From the NCBI GenBank assembly GCA_032718475.1, contig JAUCBJ010008697.1, positions 1 through 64,000 on the forward strand: DNA of 64,000 bases, given 5' to 3'. Shown here piece after piece: positions 11,132-24,887 of this stretch. The first letter of the stretch is position 1; each line of letters begins with the position of its first letter. The notes beneath the pieces are model-generated. The model had not been told where the DNA came from. It searched no databases and worked only from the letters and a program-made list of their open reading frames with translations. Position numbers and translations under genes: made by a program. This DNA comes from Nemertoderma westbladi (lineage: Eukaryota > Animalia > Xenacoelomorpha).

Positions 11132-12755
11132 TAACATATGGAGTGGGTGTGTGACTATATCATTTTATATTTGTTTTTATTTTCTATTTATGTATGTATT
11201 ATTATGTAATTTTATTATAATCGTTTTCTTTAATTTTATTTAGTAGAAGGTTATTTTAGAATATTTAGTAAATTAGTGCAATATATTAGTGTTTATTACG
11301 TATTTAATTACTTACAATATATTTAGTGCGACGGCAAGAAATAATTATTTTTCTCTTTCCTTACTGTCCGTATTATATTATAAATGCGAGACTATAGTAA
11401 GATGATATGTCAGTACTTCTTAAAGTACAATAAAGCCACTACTATATTTAAGTATTATTGGTAGGCAGAGTATTAGGAATGCAAAGTTCAGATCCTCGTG
11501 TCTCGGCTAAACCAAGCTCCGGGTAGACCTTGGAAACGACTTGCCTCTTCACACTGACATTGCTTCGTGCGATATTGCTCTTCTACCTTATAACAAATAA
11601 TACATATAGTAGCGTGATGTCCCTCTAACAGTAGCGTAAATCGCAAATAAATCTGTTAAACTTTTTGACCATCTGTAATTCTAGTCGATTAAGATATCGT
11701 GGCACCCACCGATATACTTGAAGAAAGACAAATTCTAGAATCAGTGGTTAACGTCCCCAGACAAGTTCTGGAATAAATCGGTGCCCATCCAAAATATTAA
11801 TTTAATATTTATTAAAATCTGTAAAATCCCGATCCTTCAAAATTTCTAGTCAATTAAGATATCGCAGTATTTACCGATATTCTTAGAAGGACTATTTTAT
11901 AGAATTAAGGATCCTAAGTCCCCAGATATGCTCTGGAATAAAATTTATGTCAATTTAATATCAAATAATAAAATTCACGGGAATAAATTTAAATTCATAT
12001 TCAAATGAATTTCATAAATTGTCATTTTGTACAATTTATAACATTCCCAAAATTCCAGTAATTAATAGATCATGGGAGCGGAGATTCATATTGAGTGTAC
12101 TAGAGTGTGAGAATCTCCAACATATAGTCAATAGCCGATAAAATTTATAAAATCATGCATAAAGAGGATATTGACAATTAAAGAATTACTATTAAATAAC
12201 ATCCCAGATCTGTATACATGAGAATTGCACTAATTCTACCGCTAGTTTTCCATAATGTCACCATGGCAACACCCACGCTAGAATTAGAAGCAAGTTAAAG
12301 GAACAATAAAAAGCTTGCCCATTGCGTAGCATAAGAGTATACATAGCGCACTATTAGTATCCAAGGATACATAGTAATAACGTGACATTCTGGAAGACAC
12401 TGACTAACGGACAAATGGCATGCATGTGTGCAGTAAGCAATGATTGTATGGAATTTGTGCGTTTATAGGTGAATGTTACTACTAAAGTGTGTTTACAGTA
12501 GCTAATCGCAATTGTAAAGTAGCCCTAACTCTACCGAGATAACCTCAAGTGGATTCAAGCTTTTGGGACGGACAGTGGTGGGACTTGTGCCGGTTATCGT
12601 TGTCGTGCTGTTGCTACATGTTGGCGTAAACACTGCGACAGCGGTACATCGGCGCTGAGAAACCCACTGTCCGGGGGCAAAAGTCTAGTAGGCAGCGACG
12701 CCCGCTTGCCTAAAATATTAACTCATATTGATATTAATAAACTCAGATAGCAGAT

Positions 12756-13745
12756 ATGACGGAATTGATAGAAGATGACCTTGATATTAGAGAGCGATAT
12801 ACTCTACCTTTACAAGCGTTTGTGGATAGCTTGATACGCGGTGAAGCCGATCCGACTATTACGGAGGACGATGGTCGTTATATCGAACCGCTGATGTCCC
12901 AGGAACAACTTACGCGTGAATTGGACTATCGAAAATTAACCGCTCGCTATACGCATCGTAATGGTACGTATATGGACTTCTTAACTACCGGCCATCCTAT
13001 CGATTTACATGATACGGACGATGTAGACACCGAAAGGGAAATGGTTCTATTTAAATATCATACCCAGCGGCGTCGTAACGATAAACCGAGAATAGATCAC
13101 GAAAATTCTATTCGTAACAGACTGGGAAGACGAACCAATATGTCTAGAATCTGAGGAGATTCAGCCTATCGCGCTCGGAACAGCGACAACGATTACATCC
13201 TAGAATGGTATCAAAGTCCACAGTGTCTCACTGCGTACGATTATCGCCATGCCAACTATGTTTCTCGGCAACGTTGTCGGTTATGCGCATCGAGAGACCA
13301 TGTTACGCCCATGGACACAAACGTCCGCTGTTCCTATTTCCACGAACAACCGGCGATGGAAATTTATTGCGCGTATTGCAGATTTAATAATTTGCACATT
13401 TTTGCGGTTTGCCCTCAATTTATGACTCAATGTCACCATTGTCAACTAAAGGGACATGCCAGTTTCGATTGCCCTTTTAATCACGATTTGGAAAGCGTAG
13501 ATGAAATGATCACACTACGTTACATCAGAGCTTGGGAAGCGAACACTGATTTACATCGTGATTCGCGCCATCGCTATTATCCTGGACGCGCTTACGAAGG
13601 AATTTATGCGTTCCATCCTTATCTATTCGCTTCTGTCGAACAGAAATCACGCATATCGAGTTACAGGAAGTATATCGACGGCCTTACGAGTACCGAGCCC
13701 GCGAACGCGAGTTGGAAAGAACCATTAAACCAAGGAAGTTTCTAA
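12756..13745 (+). CDS. 3' accessory ORF of the BEL/Pao element with a Cys/His zinc-knuckle cluster, one in-frame TGA at 13152
   Basis: ORFs 12756-13154 and 13311-13745 share a frame and the intervening codons are open; CRLCASRDH..C, CAYCRFNNLHIFAVC, CHHCQLKGHASFDC. Confidence 0.7.
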
Positions 13746-14044
13746 CTGCCTATGGTCCACCCACGGCCCTCGTTCAGACCACTCGTAAAGGACCCGTAAG
13801 AGCGGCTGTCTTGAAACGAGCTCTCAAAGCCGTTAGACCCCTCTCCCCCGACGTTGATGTCAATCAACTCGGCACTTCGACTTGCGGATACACCGACCAT
13901 AATCCTATACCCTCTGATGCAATCATGTTGCACCCTTCACCCAGGAGTTATAGCCCTCCTTGTAAAGTGGCTCGCCCCAAAGAGAAAAAGACTCTGGCTA
14001 GCTTTAAAAAACTGCGTAAACGCCGTCCGCGCATGAAAGACTAA
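13712..14044 (+). CDS. Basic, Pro-rich ORF, possibly the frameshifted C-terminus of the accessory protein
   Basis: Overlaps the previous ORF in the -1 frame, ends ~80 bp before the PPT, NLS-like KKLRKRRPR. Confidence 0.35.
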   Translation: MERTIKPRKFLTAYGPPTALVQTTRKGPVRAAVLKRALKAVRPLSPDVDVNQLGTSTCGYTDHNPIPSDAIMLHPSPRSYSPPCKVARPKEKKTLASFKKLRKRRPRMKD

Positions 14045-14122
14045 CTGTTTAGAGTATTTTCGTATTTGAGAAACTGTGATTTTGTATATTTTATAGACTT
14101 AAATCCCATTTTCTGGGAGCGG

Positions 14123-15354
14123 TGTAAAAGCTTCTGTGGGATATAACTGGCCCCTTTTGCTTCGCAATCCAGTTTCCCCCCAGGCGCTGGAATACTCTAA
14201 AAAGGTTTTCTAACTGTAGATATATTCCCCTCGCCCGCAAGGTACCTTTACAGGTGTTTTAACGGACATAAAAATCATTCTGCTATATACGTGTTTTGGC
14301 GGACATGGTAAGGCAAAAAACTTGTAATGCACCAACTACCTTTCACAGCTTAGCCGTGATGATTCATATTACGACATCTAACAGCTGGTTGCTGACATGG
14401 AAACAGCCATTGGATGTATGGTTCTTTGTTTGGCTTGAGCCAATCAGAGCGATTTTTCCTGTCGACGTGTAGCTTTTAGTCGATCATAAGGAGAGTGTTC
14501 AGTCTTACTGCTTTTACTTGATACTTTGTTGTTATTGCTGTCTAAGCCAGAAACACCGGCTTTTTGGGAAGAACTCTAGTAAACTGCTTAGATTATAGAA
14601 AGTATAACTGTTACCGGCGGTGTTACCTCACTTAATTTAACTGCACTAATCATATTGTTTGTACTGCTATTTACCGTCAGTTATTAATTGTATCTATTTG
14701 TTGATGGAAATATTGCTCTTTGGAGAATACGGATAAATCACCCAAATTCCCAATTTTCTTGATACACTACAGGTTAGAGAGGCGGGCTATATATAACAAT
14801 TGCGATTTATATCAATGTGGTGTGTATTGAATCTAATGTTATTTAGTAGACACTACCTGAGTCAATTGCTGTGCTCTTTATGTGTGATCAAATATACTGA
14901 CGGTCGGCAGAATAGTGTGCATGATTGTGAGTGTGATGTGACTGGTAACAAAGCATTTCCTAAAGAATGCGACTTATACTTTAATCATAAGCCTTATCGT
15001 TGCGTTTAGTATAAGTCCTAGCTCTGTTTAAATAGATAGAGCGCCACGTCCTAAAGGAACTGTTAATATTTCCCGAAAGTTAATAATATCTGTCAGAAAT
15101 TAATTATTAGTGATCTATCGAATAATACAATAGGTTTACACTGCAACCTTACACTGCAATAATAAAATCTAAGCATCCGAATTCAGCCTCCCGGGTGTAG
15201 ATCCATCGGGTGAATGATCGCGCATGGGCTGGCTTCAGCTAATGTTTTGTTTATTAGCATAAAATATTGTCGTATGCTAAAGGTGTGTTAATTAACTAAA
15301 AGACATATAAATTTTGGCAGGTTAAACTGCTAAAGGTATTCAAAAGCGCGAACA
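14123..15354 (+). repeat. 3' LTR (1232 bp)
   Basis: Near-identical copy of 3461-4692, preceded by a PPT and followed by the TSD. Confidence 0.97.
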
Positions 15355-16629
15355 GCCCATCCGTCAATGAAAGTTATACCAATCGACGTAGCTCAACCCC
15401 AAGATGTGTAAAAAAAGGTTTCAAAAAAAAAATATTAAAGTGTCTATTTTTTATTTCGAAAAAGAGCCCCATAACACGAAAATTGCAATCAACTCAACGA
15501 TAGAAACACCAGCTGCTGGTGCTCATGAGGGCGTAGTAAGCTACTACTATTTATTGAATGGATAGGCCCAAACTGCAGAGAAGTATATTTCAATGTTCCT
15601 AATTGGATGGATTTCATGAACGCAAATGTTGTGGAGGACGTCTACAGCCTAAGATACTCAACATTTAGCGTCAAACATCGTCGGATACGTAAATATTTTA
15701 ATGTGTAAAGGAAATCGAATATGCACCAGGATGATAAAACACGGAACTTTAGAACTCTCTTCGCGATACGGTACTAAGAGGTCCCCAGGTTTGCTGCATG
15801 AACGCCGTAACAACCCTTCTATCTTGAGAACTGACTCGGTTCGGACTCGGGTAGGGTTTAATAATCTATATCAAATGTGTAGAACTTTTAGCACTGAACG
15901 ATGCCCGCTGCCGCCCTAAGTGCTTTTTAATGGATTTTAATATGTTATGACGTGTCACTGTGGTCTGTTTTTAATAATTAATAATATATCAATTTGTTTG
16001 ATTAAAAGCAATGAAATGAAATATTACTTGCCAAGTTTATTACTCTCTCACTATATCCCAGACAACTAATAGTATATTATTGTAGTATAGTAGGCCTATA
16101 CATATTATTCACAAGCCAATCAGGGAGCTAAATTCCAGAACACGTTCTTCTTTGTCGTGTCCAAAAATCAGCAGAAAAATGGAGACAGGAAAGAAGCTAA
16201 GAGTCATAACAAGTCTTAAGAAGTCATGAAGCCTCTAGGAGCATGTGATAATTGCAAAGGTCAATTATGTGATGTTGCTCGACTTGTTGGGAGGTCAAGT
16301 ATATGTGCCGCTTTAACTCTATATCCGTACAATGTTGGTTCCAATATTCCACTAAAAATTCAGACATCTATAATCGGGCAGACGGGCAGACTTATATTGA
16401 TACTGGACTATTATGATACCCTCACTAATGTTCTGGTTTCGTAGAATATTATTATTAGGATACATGCATATTATATGCTTATATTAAATTGGTTGCTTCA
16501 TAGTGATGCCGGGAATGGATATGGTATTGAATATTTGTTCATCTTTTCGCTTCGGACTAACACAGAAACAGAATTATGATTTAGTTTTTTCGGTTTTGTT
16601 GTCTTATAGACGGTCTTCTTATTATAGCC

Positions 16630-16830
16630 AGCTTGCTGGTTTTCTAGTGGGGCGAGCGACGAAAGTAAGCGAGCTTAGCATACAGGTACCACTAATTCAA
16701 TCGGTGTGTCTGTTGCTCTGTTGTTCTGTTGATCTGTTGTGTCCAATTTTAAAGGTTAATAACTCAGCCAAATCTCGATAAAATATATCCAAACTTGGTA
16801 CATATGTAGTCTGGCAAAAATTTGGTGGGG
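16630..16830 (+). mobile_element. Helentron/DINE-like non-autonomous element fragment
   Basis: Start near ttttctagtggggcgagcg, short (tctgtt) microsatellite block, then ataactc...aaacttggtaca, a layout typical of DINE-like repeats. Resemblance only. Confidence 0.4.
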
Positions 16831-19469
16831 TCTTCGTGCAGCATCTGTGTAACTAACTGTCTTGCAGTTAAAATAAATTTATCTATCCAAAAATTATTAG
16901 GTTTGGCATCAGCTGGTTGCTAGGAGACTGCAGGATATATCAGGTGGGTTTGAAATTCAGCAATACCGGTACAATGCAGCAATAATGTGGCCTTGGGAAG
17001 TGTGGTAGGTCTAACGGCAACCATGCAGCCATGGAAGTTTTGAAATTATGCGGAGTTAAGACAGACTGACATATTGTAAGGTTGTACCAGCTGACCTTTA
17101 TTCCATGTTCCGGTATCCACTACTGCAATAGGTACCCCAACAGCCCAATACTGCAATGCCCAGAAACGTTTTGGAATTGTACCGATACTCAAACAACTCG
17201 CCATCAAGGCCACCGCCTCTGTCTGTCGCAGTGTAGTTGGCGACCTCGACTTTTGGTATCGCTACTGCGCTAGCGCTACGGGCAAACTGGACTAACCGAT
17301 GAGCGAGACCCGAGGACTGAAGAATGCATTGAATTCTTTGAGTAGTTTGACTGACTGTGGACTTCTATGACATCGATGCCAAAATGCCAATGCGAAAGTT
17401 TTTTTTTAAGTAAAAGTTTGGTTAAATTTTCTTAATTATTTATTTAAATTTCTTAAGTACCGATTTTGGGATAGAATTGCTATATTTTAATCTGTATATA
17501 ATAACTGACCCTCGTCCTGCGCGATGGCCCCACGAACGTGTTATTATTATCGTACATTATATGGCTAAACGAAATATAAGTACAGCCAGAGAAAAAAAAG
17601 CAGAATAAGCAGTTCGTATGTAAGTAAGTAGCACAAAATAATTAACTGTAGGGCGTACATACAAAATTTACAAGAACCGAAATAATTTCACAAAAAAAAC
17701 AGGCAATAATAAAAATTACCGTGGGCAAACAAAAATTAACATATCATTCAATTCAGACTCCGAGAAACCCTGCACTGATAATTCATTTGTTTTACAGATA
17801 AGCAGCTCATTACACAATTAATTAGGTGTATGTTATAACATTAATGTACCATTTTGTATTTTTACCCATATTATCCGACAACATACGAGGGTCAGATATG
17901 CCACATTTCAATGCAATTATATGATCTCCAAAACCATTAGAATTACCTGGCGACAGCGCTAACAGGTCTCCACCCCTCTAGCAGTGCATTTTAAGTGAAT
18001 ATTATTAATTGAGATGGAAATTATTTATTTACAAGAGAACTTACACCCAATTTTACGAGCTGAAGAGCTGCTTGGCTTGTATTGTGTTGTAGGAGGCGCC
18101 AGCCGGATACATTGGGATACATTGTGTGGATGGGTGGTGGGTGGTTGGTTTGGTTCACTCAAGGTAAATAATTTAATATTCTAGAACATATTACCATGAG
18201 AACTAATCAACCAAGGCCAAGGCCACGCAACAGCCACCCACGCCAAGCAACCAAAGTATAAAGCTTTGTTATTGTTCGCGAATGTATTATACTATACATT
18301 GCCTTTGCTTGTACAACTAACAATTATTATACTGTTTAATTATTCATGGGTTTTAGTGCGGCTTCAGTCAAAGATACGAGGTCATTGCCCAGACATTTGT
18401 TCACTTTGTATTACAGACGCCGATACCAATATATAATAAGCGCTGCCTCCTCAGTAGCTGAATATATTATACGTTACGTTTAACTTAGTTTCTTATATAA
18501 AATCGCTCTGGTTTAAAGTTTAATTACAATTGATTATTTAGAGTTTAGATTTACTGTTTATTCACAACATTACCAGCAGTCGTTCGCAATGAATTATTTA
18601 TTAAAGTGTTGGGACGTCTGGCCTGCAATTATTGTTACAACGGGTAATTATTCATTCCTACATTATATGAGTGTTGGTGTGTTTGTTTATTATTAAATAT
18701 GTGTTTGTATTTATTGATGTTTAATTATATTAGATTATTAAATAACATGTCACTCTAACACACACAAACTAACACACAAAATAACTGTTTATTTTTACCT
18801 ATTTCTATTTATAGTTTATCACGTGGTCGGGCCAACACCGAGGGCCCGTGTTACGACTGCGCGCTTCCGCCTCCCCTCAGGTCGATGACGTCAGAGTGCG
18901 ACAGCGGGTCCTACCACGGCGACAGATTGAAGTTGCTTCAAGTTGATCAAATTGCTTCACTTGATTTGTTGATATTTCAGGAAAGGCTATGCCATTGGTA
19001 AATCGACATTACCATTAAACAAAAAATAAATTATCGGTGTACTTATTATGTAAAAATTAATTCCCCTATGGCAGGCATTAATATTAAAGGATGTCGAATA
19101 TAATGGCTGCCATCAGTAAGTCAATGTTTGCACTATGTAAAAATATATGAGGATCATAAAGAAATTTACGAAAGGAATAAAATTGGGTTATATTGGGAAG
19201 TTGATGGTTCGGATGGTAGAAAATGGCATTTGATTTGGCTCAAAATCTAATATTTCACATTTCAGTGTTGTATTCTTCAATATCAATATTGCGAGTAATA
19301 TCAATAATATTACATCATCGTGCAATATTATTTCACCTTAATTCAATATAATATATTAAATATTCAATAATTAACAGAGATACAATCAATATTGTGCAAA
19401 TATTAATTCAATATACAAACATATTGAATCAATATGTTAACATGCTGGCAACTATCACTGTACTGCAGT

Positions 19470-20445
19470 ACTGTAATGCTCTGCCGGCTTGTCGACAAAA
19501 TTGCGCCGCCACAACTCCCTATCACCTATAACATTTGCTAGATCATCCGCATCGTCTAGGCCAGTCAGTAAGATGCGTCTCAAGAAAGTCATGGGCTGTC
19601 CACCATGCTTATTCACTCCATGAGGCTGCCAAAGCACAAGATTATGCACTGGCTGGTCCTCACGGCGAAAGCAATGTCCTGCAAAGCGGAGGCGATTTTG
19701 TTCTAGTGTCAAACTTGGGGGAACCAAAGAGACACCTCCAATGTTATATAGTGTCTGGTTGGAGATGTGTGCATTGTACTTGACACAGTGAACCCGGCGT
19801 AGCATTCTTGTGAATGCGCCATCCAGAGATTTGGTGTCTTCTGCAGTTAGAGCCCAGCATGGACTCCCATAGAGGAGTACTGGAACTAATGCTGCTCTAA
19901 ATAATCGGACCTTAAGTTTCCGATTAATTCTCGGTGACTTCCAAATCCTGGAAAGCCTATTCAAGGCTGCCCATGCCTTTCTCTTACGTATTCGAAGGTC
20001 CTCACCTGACTTCCGGATCCATGATCCCAGGTAACAGAAGTCGTCCACATGCTCAAGCATACCATCCTTTGAGCTTATGCTCATCCGATCAGAGACTTGC
20101 TGAGGACTTTCAAAGTGAACTGTTAAAAAGACCAACACTAGAAGCAGCATGTTCTAATGAGCTGAAGATCCGTTGGGCTCCCTGAGAGTACTCCTAAGTC
20201 ATCAGCAAAGTCTAGATCAGTTAGGTACTTGGCAGGATTTCTTCGACTTCTGGCGCCAGTACGTGGAGTTATCATCACCCCATCATCATTATGAGGATCT
20301 AAGGACATGCGTAGAACATAGTCAACCACAATTATGAACAAGAATGGTGCAAGTGTGTCTCCCTGGAGGATGCCCCATAACACTTCAAATGGTTCAGACA
20401 CAAATGTTGTCGAACCATCGTATACTGATCTGATTGCTGCAATAA
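19470..20445 (-). mobile_element. RTE-clade LINE fragment (RT C-terminal half, frameshift/deletion)
   Basis: GILQGDTLAPFLF, DLDFADDL, FCYLGS, KVRLFRAALVPVLLYGSPCW, RLRFAGH; closely matches 57200-58230. Confidence 0.92.
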
Positions 20446-20453
20446 TTACATAT

Positions 20454-22320
20454 TGTGTATGGGAAATTAATTCGCTCTGTGGCGATTACAATTGAATAAT
20501 TATGACTAAAGTTAATTTATCAAATCTTTGAAAGATTTTAGTTACTTTATTTCATTTAACATTTAAATATTATAATTATCATATTATAATTCAATTATTT
20601 TAATTCGTTATAATGGAATATAACATGGCGCAGTGAAATCAAATTACCTACGTGAATTAATCCCATTTCTCACCCTAAAGTTTGCATTTCAATGACAGGG
20701 AAACAAGATGAAGTTGGGGCTGCAAAGCGTCGGAGAGGAGCTTTAAAAGGTCAACTCACAATGGCTGAGAACAAGTTGATAAAAGCTCTCGACGAAGTCA
20801 ACAGGTTGGATCCAACAGAGAGAACAACTGCAGACATTAGCCAACTAAACCAACGACTCAAACGTCTCCATGGTGCGTATGAAGCTTATGAAGCTGCGCA
20901 TATTAATGTTAGTATATTGACAGAAGTTGACCCATCTATTGATGACGACTATATTACTTTGGGGGAGAAAGCTGCAGCTATTGACGATTTAGCAGCAATG
21001 GTAGACACATGGATTGATTTAAAACCGCGTACCCATCCACCAACTGGTCACCATGGCGAATTGCGATCCCACGAATCAGAAATTCGTCCACACCTAGCAG
21101 CCGCATCAAAAACCATTAAAACCCCTTCAGTTATTGAAGCCGGTATTGATGCCAAACAATTTGATGGTTGGCTCCAGGTATGGCGCATTTATGTTCAAGC
21201 ATCAAATCTTGAGGCTATGCCACCTAGAAACCAGATTGTAATGCTTTGGTCATGTTTTTCAGCTTCGTTTGCTTCAGAGGTCCGTCATGTCATGGATATT
21301 GACCATGAACAGATAACTCACGTAAACGAGGCCATTCAATTAATTGAGAAACATCTGCGTGACAAACGCAACCAAGCATTGGATTGGCAAATATTATTAA
21401 AAGTACGCCAATCGTCGTCAATGGCATTCTTTTTATCAGATATTGAAGAAAAGCTTAAATGGGTAGAAGTTGACAAGGAACAGCTTCACATAGCCTTATT
21501 AATTCTGGTGTGAAAAACGAGGAAATTCGGAGAGAAGTGATCAAAGAACGTCTACCAACTGTAGTTGAAGCCAAGAAGTTGATGTTGGCTCTAGAAGAGT
21601 CATATGGAGCCATCAAATCGCTGGCTACTGGCAATGGTGGAGAGAAACCTTCGATTGCTGCAACCACTAAAAAATCCAATTACAAAAAGAACAAGGAATC
21701 GGGTTGGAACAAATCTCAAAATACTGACAATTATAAGGTGGCGGATAAACAGAAGGATTATCACAATACTTCTGCAAACCCAAAGTGCAGCTATTGTGGT
21801 CTGGTAGGACACCGTGGTGGTTCATCATGTCCAGCCAGAGGAAAAACTTGCAATGTCTGTAAAAAGAAAAACCATCTCGGTTCAGTATGTCGTCTAGTTA
21901 AATCTAAAGCATCAGCTAGCACATTAAGTGTTGGAGCTACAACTATTGGAAAAGCAGCAGCTACAAATCACATTCCAGTACCAACGACCGAAACTGTTTC
22001 TATGGATGTATTTACAGTGGACACCATTGAATTCCTTACAACTGTAGAAGCAATTCCTGATACTGGGACTGATGTTGTTATTGCTGGCGTAAAATTTCTT
22101 AGGGGAATAAAAAAATCGTCTTCCGATTTATCCCCTCCAATTTGGCCGCAAATATTTAGCATTGGTGGCAAGCCACTTAAACAACTTGGATGTGTTGTAA
22201 TCCGGATTTACCTACTTGGTGAATGTGCAAACGTTACAATTACTATTGCAGAAGGTGTCAATAATCTATATCTTAGTAAAGCCGCATGTAAGGCATTTCG
22301 TGCACATTGTGACTATATTG
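20454..22320 (+). mobile_element. Ty3/Gypsy (Mag-like) LTR retrotransposon 5' remnant: short LTR, PBS, frameshifted gag, protease; truncated before RT
   Basis: ...TAACA directly followed by TGGCGCAGTG (tRNA-type PBS, 20626); gag 20692-21513 and 21510-22340 with CSYCGLVGH..CPARGKTCNVCKKKNHLGSVC; protease IPDTGTD. Confidence 0.8.
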
Positions 22321-22399
22321 GCAGGAAGTGGAAGCCTTAAGAATTTAAGAGATGCTGTTGGTCGTCTCCCCTTGTGGGTCGTATCAGTTATGACAGATG

Positions 22400-22925
22400 T
22401 TCGGCTAACTGCCGAGGGTAAATCCCAAAGTGAGTTTTCTTAATTAACATTGAGGGTAAGGTTGATGTTTTCAAAGTATTGCTTACAGTTATGTAGCATC
22501 TCAGATGATTGACTTCAAATTGATAGAAGCACAATGTCATCTGCATAACTTAAGGTCCGTTTCCGCGCTGCTTTTTTATGTGCGGTATTCTGAGCTTATT
22601 TTAGCTGCTTTTTTTTTAGCTTTTTTTTTTCTAGCTTTTCATTGAGATTTTTTCTAGCTTTTTTGAGCTTCATTCTATATTTTAGGTTTTAACATTCCAA
22701 ATTTCTCAGATTCATCTTGAAGCAGTGAATTTCTAGAAATTGTTTAACTAAAAAAAAGCTTGAAATAAAGCTCAAAAAAAGCAGCGCGGAAACGGGCCTT
22801 TACTGTGGGCTTCTTCATTGACATAGAGACCTAAGCCAGAGTCCTCCAATTCGTTGAAGAGATCTGTAAGATAAAAATTAAAAAGAGTTGGAGAGAGAAG
22901 ACCATCTTGACGTAACCCACACCGA
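22400..22925 (-). mobile_element. Degenerate LINE RT fragment split by a MITE
   Basis: Minus strand reads GLRQDGLLSPTLFNFYL...(MITE)...SYADDIVLLS. Confidence 0.75.
22553..22799. mobile_element. PIF/Harbinger (Tourist-like) MITE
   Basis: TIR AGG(T/C)CCGTTTCCGCGCTGCTTTTTT at both ends; TTA TSD at 22550-22552 and 22800-22802. Confidence 0.9.
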
Positions 22926-23484
22926 TTTATCGGTGTATCGGTGTCATTGTATTTTGTATAACATATATTGTAACAAAGTTACGTTCAGCATTATGTAAAA
23001 GGGTATCATTCCGCGTTTATGACCACTGCATTGTTGACCTTTAATGTAAACCTCCCAAGCTGCGCTCGTTCGGTCGCTACATAAATACACTCGGGTGACA
23101 ACGCTGAAAAGTGCTACTTTTTTTCACACAATGATATAAATAATTATAATTGCAAAATCCAACTATTTTTTTATAGTAAGTATTCAAGGAAATAAACAAC
23201 CAATATATATATTGCCATTTTATGGAAGGAGAAATGATTATAATTGGCTCTCTGTTGGAATCACCAACTGTTAATAATAATACACACCGTTAATTAAGCA
23301 ATTAATTATTCACTTACTGCATGCTACATAACTAACAAGCAGATGGCACTACGTAAGTGTTAAATGACAAGAAAATTAAGTAGTTTAGTTATTGCCTTAA
23401 ATTTAAAGTATAAATTTCTATATTTTAAACTGATCCCAAATTAATAATTTATTAATTTGTTGATTACTTTTTGATAGGTAATTC

Positions 23485-23843
23485 TAGAGATTATGTACAC
23501 ATGTAGAGATTATGTACACATGTAGAGATTATGTACACTTGTAGAGATTATGTACACATGTAGAGATTATGTACACATGTAGAGATTATGTACACATGTA
23601 GAGATTATGTACACTTGTAGAGATTATGTACACATGTAGAGATTATGTACACATGTAGAGATTATGTACACTTGTAGAGATTATGTACACATGTAGAGAT
23701 TATGTACACATGTAGAGATTATGTACACATGTAGAGATTATGTGCACATGTAGAGATTATGTGCACATGTAGAGATTATGTACACATGTAGAGATTATGC
23801 ACACATGTAGAGATTATGTACACATGTAGGGTTTATGTACACA
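23485..23843. repeat. 19-bp minisatellite (TAGAGATTATGTACACATG)n, ~19 copies
   Basis: Direct periodicity. Confidence 0.95.
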
Positions 23844-24887
23844 TTGTCTCATTACGAGGTTAGGTCATTTTCGACTTGAAACATCCAATTCTGTTTCTTA
23901 TTAAATTAAATATAAATATTGAAAGCGGCCACCGTGTTTATGCAACCAGTTTTGTTGTGGGAAATAATAAAGGATCCTAGTTCTTTATAACTTTACTACA
24001 ACTCTAAGTTATTGTAAGATCCCCGTTAAGGGAGCGATAACCTATCGGGGATTCTAAAAAAAATGAGACATTCCACACAATACTCATCAACCCAAGGATA
24101 ACCTTATTGAACGGAGGTGGTCGTTTTGGCAAATACGTTTATGTATTTTAGACTATCTGAGACAGCTGCTGCTGCTTTATCAAGCAATCACTGTTAGAGG
24201 AAAGATTTTGTTGCACACACCTTACTGGCATCAACATCAGTAAGCCACTGGCATCGGATATCAGAAACATTAATTACTCCTGTTTTACTTGCCTATATGC
24301 CTAACTTCATATTCAATTAATGCATTAATCACAGTAAAATAAAGTGTTTTCGCGAAAAATATAGCATATGAGAGTATAATCAATTCTATCATAGTAAAAT
24401 AACATGTGGCCGCATAAACTCCATAAGTCACTGATGTTTGAGAATGGGAGACCAGACCAGCAATGTAAAACTTTGAAAAAATTGGGTTAAATTCCGCCAG
24501 CACAAAAGATAGGCAGAAGATTCTACTGCTTTTAACATTATTCATGAACTCCCTGCTGCCATGTATTCTTTGTTTTTCCATGGCTCAATCACAAGTCTCT
24601 CAATTAAAAGACAATGATATTTAGGCGAACCTCCAATGGAATTGAATCTTCTTTAATTTCCCATCTTCTAGGATATGCATCTATGCTGCACCAATAGTGC
24701 GGGATAAGTAAGTCTCCTGTCTCCCAAATGTAGTCAGACTGAACTACTGCAATATATTTTTGAGGTAGCATGAACTGCCTAATAACAGGCCTTTATTTAA
24801 AATCACCTGGCAACAGTACTCGAGCGGAATATTTATATATTTATACTTCCCCTCTGTTTCACTCTAACATACTTGAGACTTTTACCT

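Larger units (their letters stand above)
3461..15354 (+). mobile_element. BEL/Pao LTR retrotransposon, full-length insertion, non-autonomous (Gag-PR only)
   Basis: TGT...ACA LTR pair; 5-bp TSD GCCCA (3456-3460 and 15355-15359); purine tract GGGAGCGG before the 3' LTR; BEL-type Gag and protease ORF. Confidence 0.95.

Noticed and set aside
13712-13745. Programmed -1 frameshift joining the accessory ORFs
   Set aside because: No X XXY YYZ heptamer in the overlap; a mutational indel or separate ORF is equally likely.
17501-17899. MITE defined by a 15-bp inverted repeat (ATAACTGACCCTCGT / ACGAGGGTCAGATAT)
   Set aside because: Short repeat, no clear TSD, ambiguous orientation; cannot be supported without other copies.
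18818-18925. GC-rich patch with E-box and TGACGTCA as a ribozyme or promoter
   Set aside because: No convincing fold found by eye and no adjacent gene start.
21480-21520. Programmed gag-pol frameshift in the Gypsy remnant
   Set aside because: The shift is inside the capsid region before the zinc knuckle, which points to decay.
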